From: Elusimicrobiota bacterium
GTDB lineage: Bacteria > Elusimicrobiota > Elusimicrobia > UBA1565
Length of the DNA: 64,000 bases
Direction: 5' to 3'
Assembly (NCBI GenBank): GCA_043827405.1
Contig: JBDRPD010000062.1
Coordinates: 64,001-128,000, forward strand
The stretch's first letter is position 1. Each line of letters begins with the position of its first letter. The notes below the pieces were generated by a model that saw only the letters and a program-made list of their open reading frames with translations, searched no databases and was not told the DNA's origin. The translations under genes were made by a program, and so were the position numbers. Positions 26,064-33,883 of this stretch are shown here, piece by piece.

Positions 26064-26832
26064 GACTCTCGACTATACGCTGAGCGAGATGATGGCCGTG
26101 GTTTCGGCGCGGGAGCTCAAGGACGGCGAAGTGGTTTTCGTCGGCATCGGCCTGCCCAACTTGGCCTGCAATTTGGCGCGCGTGACGCATGCCCCCAATC
26201 TGACCTTGATCTACGAGTCCGGCGCCGTGGGCGCCGTGCCTGAGCGGCTGCCGGTCTCGATCGGCGATCCGGCCCTGGTGACGGGTTCGCTCATGGTGGC
26301 GACCATGCCCGATATTTTTCAGTATTTCCTGCAGGGCGGCAAGATCGACGCCGGATTCCTCGGCGGCGCCCAGATCGACCGCTGGGGGAATATCAATACC
26401 ACGGTGATCGGGGACTACGCCAAGCCGAAGGTGCGCCTGCCGGGAAGCGGCGGCGCTCTTGAGATCGCCGTTCACTCGAAGCGGACGCTTATCATCAGCA
26501 AGTTGTCCAAGCGGGTGTTTCCGGAGGCGGTGGACTTCGTGACCAGCCCCGGCTACCGCTACCGCGGCAGGAGCCGCAAGGAGTTCGGCATGCCGGGCGC
26601 GGGACCGGTTAAGGTTATCACCGACAAGTGCATTCTCGCAGCCGATCCGGAGTCCGGGGAGATGACGCTGTCCGCGCTTTATCCGGGGGTCGAAGCCGCG
26701 GAGGTTCGCGACAGCGTGGGCTGGGACCTTAAAGTCCGGCCGACGCTTGGCGGTGTCGAACCGCCGACCGCGGAAGAGCTGCGGCTGCTGCGCGAAGAGC
26801 TCGATCCCGATAAGCTTTTCCTCAAGGGCTGA
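26053..26832 (+). CDS. Family I CoA-transferase subunit B, CatJ/PcaJ/GctB type
   Basis: EMM, FVGIGLP, LIYESG (catalytic Glu), LP.SIGD, LQGG.ID.GFLG.AQID..GNINTTVIGDY.KPKVRLPG.GGA. Confidence 0.9.
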   Translation: MASETLDYTLSEMMAVVSARELKDGEVVFVGIGLPNLACNLARVTHAPNLTLIYESGAVGAVPERLPVSIGDPALVTGSLMVATMPDIFQYFLQGGKIDAGFLGGAQIDRWGNINTTVIGDYAKPKVRLPGSGGALEIAVHSKRTLIISKLSKRVFPEAVDFVTSPGYRYRGRSRKEFGMPGAGPVKVITDKCILAADPESGEMTLSALYPGVEAAEVRDSVGWDLKVRPTLGGVEPPTAEELRLLREELDPDKLFLKG

Positions 26833-26837
26833 GCCGC

Positions 26838-27434
26838 GTGACGCGCAACGTCTACGTCTTTCGTCACGGCGAGACGGATTGGAATGCCGAGCGGCGGCTG
26901 CAGGGGCATTCCGACGTGAAGCTCAATGCCGCCGGCCGCGAGCAGGCCCGGGACCTGGCCAAGCTTCTGCGCCCCCTGGACCTCCCAGCGGTGCTGTGCT
27001 CCGATTTATCGCGTGCGGCGGAGACCGCGCGCATCGTCTTTTCTGACGCCCCGGAGCTGATCCAATACAAGCGCGAGCTCCGGGAAGCCTATCTCGGCAA
27101 GCTGCAGGGTACGCTGCGCAGCGAGTATGAACGTGTTCACGGCAAGGAGCAGTTCTCCCGCTGGCTGTCGGTGAAGGACGAGGATCAGGATTTCTGCTTT
27201 CCCGGGGGCGAGACCAAGCTGCAGCATCTTGCGCGGGTGCGGACCTGCCTCGAGTCCTACCTCGCCGTTCACGACTTCGCGCGGATCGGCGTCTGCACTC
27301 ACGGCGGGACCATCCGGCGCTTCGTCCATTTTGTCCGGGGGTCCGGCGCCGAGCCCGTATCCATCGCCAACTGCGCGGTCTACCACCTGAAATACGACGG
27401 TGTTCGCTGGGCTTACGTCGGGAAGCTGTCCTGA
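26838..27434 (+). CDS. Histidine phosphatase family protein
   Basis: FRHGETDWN, QG..D..LN..G..QA, SDL.RA.ETA, LRE, THGG. Confidence 0.9.
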   Translation: MTRNVYVFRHGETDWNAERRLQGHSDVKLNAAGREQARDLAKLLRPLDLPAVLCSDLSRAAETARIVFSDAPELIQYKRELREAYLGKLQGTLRSEYERVHGKEQFSRWLSVKDEDQDFCFPGGETKLQHLARVRTCLESYLAVHDFARIGVCTHGGTIRRFVHFVRGSGAEPVSIANCAVYHLKYDGVRWAYVGKLS

Positions 27435-27436
27435 AA

Positions 27437-28264
27437 TTAGTTGAAAACGACGTTCTTTTGGAAACGGCTCTTGAGGATCGCGCCTTGCGCCGGGTAGTTT
27501 TTAAGTTCGCGGTCGAGTTCCTGCAGCCGCTGCGCCAGCGGCGGGTGGCGGCTGTCAAAAGAACCCTTGCTGGGCGCGTGCTCGCCGCCGTAGAGGCGCT
27601 TGAGCGCCGCCGGCAGGCCGTCCGGGTGATAGCCGCTCGCCGCCAGTATCCCCAGCCCCTTATGATCGGACGCGGTTTCCTGCTGGCGGGAATAGCCCTT
27701 GTCGGCGATGTACTCGACGGCGAGCTCGGCGAGCCGGTGGGCGCCGCCGCCGCCATTGAGCTTCTCCAATCCCAATCCCGCGCCCTTCATTACGCGGATC
27801 CCTTGGATGGCATGCTTGTCGTCGACGTGTACGATTTCATGCGCCAGCACGCCGGCGAGCTGGGCTTCGTTGCCCAAGCGCTGCAGCAGGCCCCGGGTTA
27901 CAAAGACATAGCCGCCGGGAGCGGCATAGGCGTTGACTGAGCGGGAGTTCAGGATGCCGAAATGATAGGTCATGCCGCCGCGTTTCGCCTTGCGGATCAG
28001 CGTGTTCCCTACCAGGCCGACATAGCGCGTCAGCGCGTCGTCTTCGTAGATGCCGAAGCGGCCGATGAGCCGGGCGGCGACCTCGCGGCCGAGCTCCCTC
28101 TCGCTTTCCGGCGTCAGGTGAAACTCGGCGGCGATTTCCGCGCCCTTCTGCAGATACTTCTCCCCTTTACGGCCGAGCTCCTTGAGCTCATACTTGCGCT
28201 CAGCGCGGGAAGGGGCGAGTCCGGCAAGCAGCAGGGCGGCGGAGAGAACGGCGGCGCGCCTCAA
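27437..28264 (-). CDS. Secreted M48-family zinc metalloprotease
   Basis: Signal peptide; NAYAAPGGYVFVT.GLL, AHEIVH (HExxH), YSRQQE..SD, HPP...R. Confidence 0.88.
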   Translation of the reverse strand: MRRAAVLSAALLLAGLAPSRAERKYELKELGRKGEKYLQKGAEIAAEFHLTPESERELGREVAARLIGRFGIYEDDALTRYVGLVGNTLIRKAKRGGMTYHFGILNSRSVNAYAAPGGYVFVTRGLLQRLGNEAQLAGVLAHEIVHVDDKHAIQGIRVMKGAGLGLEKLNGGGGAHRLAELAVEYIADKGYSRQQETASDHKGLGILAASGYHPDGLPAALKRLYGGEHAPSKGSFDSRHPPLAQRLQELDRELKNYPAQGAILKSRFQKNVVFN

Positions 28265-30237
28265 AGCATTTTCTCTTGCTCGAAGATGCGGGCGTCCTCC
28301 CAGAAGATAAAGGCGCCAAAGAGCAGAAAGAGCAGGCCCAGCGGCAGCAGCGCGCCGGTCCCCTGCAGCCGCTCTCGCAGCTTGGCGAAGGGCTGTTCGC
28401 TCATGCGTCGGAAGGCGGATTTTTTCTTCTCAGCAGCGGCCGCGGTCTTGGCGGCGGCGGCGGTCGCGCTCATCTCTACCGCGATCCCGTCGGAGGACAT
28501 CATCTGGTCGACGGCCTCGCTGCGCTGCTGCTGCGCCGCGACGGGCCGGGCGCCGTCTTTCTGCTGCTTGTCCATTTCCGGCTGGTAGTTCGCGGCGGCG
28601 GCGAAAAAAAGCGCGGCAGCGCCGCAGAGGACGAAGAAAAAGGTGCGGATAGGGACGGCCTCTTCGGGATGGGTGCTGCGGTTCTTGAACAGCGCCAGGA
28701 AGTAGAAACATGCGCCGGCCAAGGCCAGGACAGGAGCCCGTTGATGGCGGGCTTGTGCGTCAAGCAGGACGCGCCAGGTGAGGCTGTCGGGAAGGCCGAA
28801 CTGAAAGGCGGCGGCGGCCGACAGCGCCGAGAACAAGAGCACTCCGACGATCGTCAGCCGGCTCTTGCGCGACTGGGAGGCCAGGCGCACCGTCATGAGA
28901 AAGCCGAATACGGACAGCGGCAGGAATATCGCGCGGCCGGCCGCGGCCAAGGACTCCGGCGTGGGCGGTGCGCCTTGGATGCCGGCGAAATACAGCTGCG
29001 CGACGCCGAGACTCAGCAGGGCGAGCGAGACGACGCCGAGACCGGCGGGAGCGGCGCCCGCCGAAGCGAGGGTCAAGAGGACCGGGGCGCTCAGGTAGAC
29101 CAGGTCCTTCATCCCGGCGAAGACGGCGCTGGCGCCCGTCGCGAGCCACAGCACGGCGGAGACCAGCGGCTTCCAGCTGACGGGATTAAGCGCATGCGGA
29201 TCGTCAGGATCATCGATCTCTTGGAAAGTTTCGCCGGGAGAATCCGCCGGCGGCAGCGGGGTGCGTAAAGTCGGCGTCATGCCGCCCGGGTTGGGCGCGG
29301 GGATCGGTACCGCCGCTCCTTCCACGTGCGTGGGAGACGGACGCTTGCCGGGCGTTATGATGCCGAGGTCGATGACTTGGCCGCCGGTCATCATTTCGTT
29401 GGCGTCGCCGACGACCATGCCCGGGGAGTTGAGCGCCTGCAGAAGTTCCGTTACGTCCTTGTAGCGCTCCGCCGGCTTCTTGGCCATCATCTTCATGATG
29501 ACCTCGGCGGCCATGGTGCTCACGTCGGGATGAACCGAGCGGGCATCCGGTACCGGATTATTGCAGTGCATGGCCACGATATCCTGCGGCGTCGGGCCCA
29601 TAAACGGCGGCTGCCCCGTGATCATGTGAAAATAGGTCGCGCCCATAGCGTAGATATCGCAGCGGCCATCCACCGCCTGGCCGTATATCTGCTCCGGCGC
29701 CATGTAGAGCGGCGTGCCGATAACTTCGGCGGCCTGGGCTTTGCCCGCAGGGTCCGTCTTGAGCGCCAAGCCGAAGTCGGCGAGGCGGATAGCGCCGTCT
29801 TTGGCCAGCAGGATGTTGGAGGGTTTGATGTCGCGGTGGACGATGCCGTGCTTATGCGCTTCCTGCAGCCCTTCGAGCGAGGCTTTGATGATCTGCAGGC
29901 AGCGCAGCGGTTCGATCTTGCCCGAACGTCCGAGCAGGTCCTCGGCGGTCTCACCGTCGACGAACTGCATGACGATGTAGTTGAGGTTGTTCTCCGCTCC
30001 CACGTCGTAGACCTGGGTGATGCGGGGATGTTCGAGGCGCGCCGCCGCCCGCGCTTCCAGCTGGAAGGATTCCACCGCGCCCGGACGGGCGGCGACTTTG
30101 GGATAAAGGAACTTGATGACGACGACGCGATCGAGGCGGACATGATGGGCCTGGTAGGCGACGCCCATGCCGCCCTCGCCAAGCTTCTTGAGGATTTGGC
30201 AGCCGCCGACTGTTTTGCCAATCATGGGATCGGGCAT
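28261..30237 (-). CDS. Hanks-type Ser/Thr protein kinase with multi-pass membrane C-terminus
   Basis: LGEGGMG, VVIK, HRDIKPSN, DFG, GTPLYMAPE; Pro-rich linker, then several hydrophobic segments. Confidence 0.93.
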   Translation of the reverse strand: MPDPMIGKTVGGCQILKKLGEGGMGVAYQAHHVRLDRVVVIKFLYPKVAARPGAVESFQLEARAAARLEHPRITQVYDVGAENNLNYIVMQFVDGETAEDLLGRSGKIEPLRCLQIIKASLEGLQEAHKHGIVHRDIKPSNILLAKDGAIRLADFGLALKTDPAGKAQAAEVIGTPLYMAPEQIYGQAVDGRCDIYAMGATYFHMITGQPPFMGPTPQDIVAMHCNNPVPDARSVHPDVSTMAAEVIMKMMAKKPAERYKDVTELLQALNSPGMVVGDANEMMTGGQVIDLGIITPGKRPSPTHVEGAAVPIPAPNPGGMTPTLRTPLPPADSPGETFQEIDDPDDPHALNPVSWKPLVSAVLWLATGASAVFAGMKDLVYLSAPVLLTLASAGAAPAGLGVVSLALLSLGVAQLYFAGIQGAPPTPESLAAAGRAIFLPLSVFGFLMTVRLASQSRKSRLTIVGVLLFSALSAAAAFQFGLPDSLTWRVLLDAQARHQRAPVLALAGACFYFLALFKNRSTHPEEAVPIRTFFFVLCGAAALFFAAAANYQPEMDKQQKDGARPVAAQQQRSEAVDQMMSSDGIAVEMSATAAAAKTAAAAEKKKSAFRRMSEQPFAKLRERLQGTGALLPLGLLFLLFGAFIFWEDARIFEQEKML

Positions 30238-30305
30238 AATCGATTAAGTATGAGAATAGCAGTACATTTAGCTGTTGGCAAGTCATCATTTGCTAAAATG
30301 AGCAC

Positions 30306-31664
30306 ATGAAAAAAGCGGCACGCACGAGCAAAATGAAAGCGCAGGTTTCCGAACAGCCCTTCAAATATCCCATCGCCAAGCCCTTCGCGGAGCCGGACTG
30401 GCGTCGTTTTGCGGTCTGGAAGGATGCTTCACGCGCGGACTGGGAGAGCGCGCTGTGGCAGCGGCGCCATTCGATCAAGAACCTCAAGGAGTTCAAGACC
30501 GCGTTCGGCGAGCATCTCGCGGACGATCTGCTGGCCGACATCGACCGGGATCAGCAGCAGTTCGCGACCATGTCGATGCTGATCCCTCCGCAGATGATCA
30601 ACACCATGGATGAGAAGGATCTGCGCGCAGATCCCGTCCGCCGCTATATGGCGCCCGCCGCCAGCGAGCGCCATCCCGAGTGGTCGAATCACCCCAAGGC
30701 TTCGCGCGACAGCCTGCACGAAGCCGACATGTGGGCCGTCGAAGGACTGACGCACCGCTATCCGACCAAGGTGCTGGCCGAACTGCTGCCGACCTGCCCG
30801 CAGTACTGCGGGCACTGCACGCGGATGGACTTGGTGGGCAATAATACGCCGCAGGTGCAGAAGGTCGGCTTCGCCATGAAACCGAAGGAGCGCTACGCGG
30901 CGATTCTCGACTACCTGCGCCGGACGAAGTCGGTGCGCGACGTCGTCATCTCCGGGGGAGATATCGCGAACCTGCCCATTCAGGTGCTCGAGCCGTTCGT
31001 AAACTCGGTCATGGAACTCCCCAATGTCCGGGATGTCCGGCTTGCAACCAAGGGCCTGATGGGGCTGCCGCAGCACTTCCTGCAGGATGAGGTGCTTAAA
31101 GGCTTCGAGCGCATCGCCAAGAAGGCGCATGAATGCGGCGTCGAAATCGCCGTCCATACGCACGTCAACAGCGCGCGTCAGCTGACCCCGCTGGTCGCTA
31201 AAGCCGTGCGTAAGCTCCTGGATATGGGCTACCGCGACGTGCGCAACCAGGGGGTGCTGATGCGCGGCGTCAACGCGACCGCGAAGGATCTGCTGGAGCT
31301 GTGCTTCACTTTGCTCGACCATGCCAAGATCATGCCGTACTACTTCTACATGTGCGACATCATCCCCAACTCCGAGCATTGGCGCCTCGCCGTATGGGAG
31401 GCGCAGCAGCTGCAGCATGACATCATGGGCTATCTCCCGGGCTTCGCGACCCCGCGTATCGTCTGCGACGTGCCGTTTGTCGGGAAGCGCTGGGTTCAGC
31501 AGTGCGGCGGCTATGACCGGGAAAAAGGAATATCCTGCTGGACCAAGAACTACCGCACCAGCATTGAGGCGGACGATCCCGATGCGCTGACGCGCAAGTA
31601 TGAGTATTTCGATCCGATCTATACGCTGCCGCCCGCCGGACAGGAATACTGGAGCAAGCAATAG
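30306..31664 (+). CDS. kamA: Lysine 2,3-aminomutase (KamA-family radical SAM/PLP enzyme)
   Basis: GLTHRYPTK, CPQYCGHC (CxxxCxxC), DVVISGGD, RNQGVL.RGVN, MPYY.Y.CD, DVPFVGK (PLP Lys position). Confidence 0.85.
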   Translation: MKKAARTSKMKAQVSEQPFKYPIAKPFAEPDWRRFAVWKDASRADWESALWQRRHSIKNLKEFKTAFGEHLADDLLADIDRDQQQFATMSMLIPPQMINTMDEKDLRADPVRRYMAPAASERHPEWSNHPKASRDSLHEADMWAVEGLTHRYPTKVLAELLPTCPQYCGHCTRMDLVGNNTPQVQKVGFAMKPKERYAAILDYLRRTKSVRDVVISGGDIANLPIQVLEPFVNSVMELPNVRDVRLATKGLMGLPQHFLQDEVLKGFERIAKKAHECGVEIAVHTHVNSARQLTPLVAKAVRKLLDMGYRDVRNQGVLMRGVNATAKDLLELCFTLLDHAKIMPYYFYMCDIIPNSEHWRLAVWEAQQLQHDIMGYLPGFATPRIVCDVPFVGKRWVQQCGGYDREKGISCWTKNYRTSIEADDPDALTRKYEYFDPIYTLPPAGQEYWSKQ

Positions 31665-31668
31665 GTTA

Positions 31669-31857
31669 ATGTTTTACCGGATGCCGAAAGGCGACGGCGC
31701 GTTTCTCGCCGGGCTCTTGGTCTTTTCCGCCTTGGCCTTTCTCATTCCGGCGCTGCGCACCGCCAAGTTTGCGGGCGTCGCATATTTCGGCTGGTGGATG
31801 GCCGCCCTGATGTTTCTGGGACCGCTGTGGGCGCTGCTGCGGATGCTTAAGAAATGA
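31669..31857 (+). CDS. Small 2-TM membrane protein preceding the symporter (SSS accessory-subunit-like)
   Basis: 62 aa with two hydrophobic segments (G..YFGWWM..LM); ATGA overlap with the SSS gene. Confidence 0.7.
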   Translation: MFYRMPKGDGAFLAGLLVFSALAFLIPALRTAKFAGVAYFGWWMAALMFLGPLWALLRMLKK

Positions 31858-33278
31858 GCGTCGAAGCGGTCCTGGTCGTTCTCTATCTCGCGTGCTGCAT
31901 CGCTATCGGCGTCTATTTCGCGCGTCAAGGCCTGTCCTCGCAGGAGGAATACTGGGTCGCGGGGCGCAATATCGGCGTCGCCGCCAATGCCATGGCGATC
32001 ATGGCGAGCCTGGCCAGCGGCGGCTCGATCATCGGCGTCATGGGCCTGGCCTACGCCTACGGCATCCCGTATACGCTGTCGCTGTTCGCCGGAGCGATTT
32101 TGGGATTTCCCATGGCCGCGGTGCTCGTCGCCGGGCCGCTGCGTAAGTTCGGGGGCTTCACGCTGTCCGATTTCCTGTCCTACCGCTACCCGCACGCCGC
32201 CGTGCGCTGGCTGGTCCCGCTGTTTGTCGTCTTCGCCTTCACCGTCTACATCATCGCGCAGATGAAGGCCGCCGGCATCACGGCGGAGGTCCTGCTGGGA
32301 CTGCCCTACAAGCCGGCGGTGACGGCGGCGGCGATCGTCTTCATCCTCTATGTGTCGATCGGAGGCATGCTGGCGGTTACCTGGACCGATATCGTCCAGG
32401 GGTCGCTGATGCTTTGCGTCGTGCTGGGTACGGTCTGCGCGCTGATGGTGAAGCAGGGCGCGCCGCTCGCCCTGCTGGAGCGGGCGACGGCGGCGGCGCC
32501 GGAGCTCGGTGAGATGACGGATGCGCCGCTGTCGAGCCTGCTGGGAATTTTCGTGCTGTGGGCCGCCGCCATTCCGGTGATTCCGCATATCGTCATGCGG
32601 GTGTTCACCGCGAAGGATCCGCGGGGAGCGCGGCTGTCGCTGAACCTGGCGATGATCGCCTACAGCGCTATGATCCTCGGCGCTGTTTTCATCATCGTCC
32701 CGGTCGGCAAGATGATGTTCCCCGATCTCGCGGACCAGGACCGCGTCTTCCTCATGGTCATGCAGAGCGAGTTCCCTCCGGTGGTGCGCGGCCTCGCGAT
32801 CGCCGCGGTCATGGCCGCCGTCATGTCCACGACCGACGCCCTGCTGCTGGCCTGCAGTGCGGCCGTCACCCATGACCTTCTCGGCCCTTGGCTCGAGCGG
32901 TCCTCTCCCCGGGCGCGCAAGTGGGTTACGGTCGCCGTGCCGTGGGCCATCGGCCTGGCCGCGATGTGGCTGGCCTATTCGCCGCCCGCGGTCATCACCA
33001 AGTTCTACTCCGGCGCTATCGGCTTGCTGAGCGCCAGCCTGTTCGTCCCGCTGATCGCCGGCCTATGGTGGAAGCGGGCCAATACCTTGGGCGGCGTGCT
33101 GTCATTGTGCGCCGGAGCCGCGGTCTACCTCGTCGTTCAGTACGGGACGAGCGCGCCCGCGTTCTCCGCGGTCCTATACGCGCTGGGGGCGAGCGCTGCC
33201 GGCATGGGGGTCGGCGGCCGGCTGGGCGTCGTGTCCGCACCCGCCATCCTCGCGCGCATCGACGAGCTGCACGGGTAG
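31854..33278 (+). CDS. Sodium:solute symporter (SSS/PutP-ActP family)
   Basis: YWVAGR, TLSDFL..RY, GGMLAVTWTD.VQG, PHIVMR.FTAKD, AAVMST.D, GLWWKRAN; about 13 TM segments. Confidence 0.95.
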   Translation: MSVEAVLVVLYLACCIAIGVYFARQGLSSQEEYWVAGRNIGVAANAMAIMASLASGGSIIGVMGLAYAYGIPYTLSLFAGAILGFPMAAVLVAGPLRKFGGFTLSDFLSYRYPHAAVRWLVPLFVVFAFTVYIIAQMKAAGITAEVLLGLPYKPAVTAAAIVFILYVSIGGMLAVTWTDIVQGSLMLCVVLGTVCALMVKQGAPLALLERATAAAPELGEMTDAPLSSLLGIFVLWAAAIPVIPHIVMRVFTAKDPRGARLSLNLAMIAYSAMILGAVFIIVPVGKMMFPDLADQDRVFLMVMQSEFPPVVRGLAIAAVMAAVMSTTDALLLACSAAVTHDLLGPWLERSSPRARKWVTVAVPWAIGLAAMWLAYSPPAVITKFYSGAIGLLSASLFVPLIAGLWWKRANTLGGVLSLCAGAAVYLVVQYGTSAPAFSAVLYALGASAAGMGVGGRLGVVSAPAILARIDELHG

Positions 33279-33283
33279 TGCGG

Positions 33284-33823
33284 CTACTGTCCGTCTACCG
33301 TATCGGCCAATGAAGATGCGACGTCGCAGTAGCTGCGTACCTGGCTCGCCTCGCTCAGTTCCGGCACCTGGATGTCGATCTTGTTGTGCAGGACGAGGAT
33401 GCGCAGGTCCGGCAGCTGCAGCAGCCGCTGGCGCATCGCCGGGTCGACGGCGGACTGGCCGAACTCCAGAGGCGTCGAGCGGACCATATAGCGCGTATCG
33501 AACGCCTTGTCGCCGAAGTCGACCCGGTCCGGGACGACCATGCCCGCCGCCTGCTCGACTTCCTGCCGGGGACCGATCTCGATGCGGATATTGGTCCGGC
33601 ACTGGAGGGGGGAGGTCAGGACCATGCTCTCGGGATGCGCGGTGAACGCCATCTGGCGGTTTTTCCACTGCCCGGTCATGGCCGGCGGGTTCGCGGTGAA
33701 CTGAAACTCGATAATTTTCGCCAGCTCCGGCCAACGGCTGGCCGGGTTGTTGTGGCGGCTTTCCCGCCAAACATAAAAGGCGATAGGAACAGAAATACCG
33801 ATCAGAATTAGCAGAATTTCCAT
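33284..33823 (-). CDS. Hypothetical protein with N-terminal TM anchor
   Basis: MEILLILIGISVPIAFYVW then a soluble domain containing GD.AFD.RY.VRS; extended -10 element 6 nt upstream of the ATG. Confidence 0.75.
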   Translation of the reverse strand: MEILLILIGISVPIAFYVWRESRHNNPASRWPELAKIIEFQFTANPPAMTGQWKNRQMAFTAHPESMVLTSPLQCRTNIRIEIGPRQEVEQAAGMVVPDRVDFGDKAFDTRYMVRSTPLEFGQSAVDPAMRQRLLQLPDLRILVLHNKIDIQVPELSEASQVRSYCDVASSLADTVDGQ

Positions 33824-33883
33824 ATGGGCATCGTACCACATTTACTTGAAGAGTTCTCTGATGACTGCTATCCTCATTGGCGT

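Noticed and set aside
30275..30294. Sigma54 promoter upstream of kamA (TTGGCA...TTGCT)
   Set aside because: GG-to-GC spacing is 13 nt, not the required 10; an extended -10 explains the site better.
30306..31664. EpmB (EF-P beta-lysylation) or AblA osmolyte assignment for kamA
   Set aside because: 452 aa with a non-EpmB signature; no efp, epmA or ablB adjacent. Cannot be excluded genome-wide.
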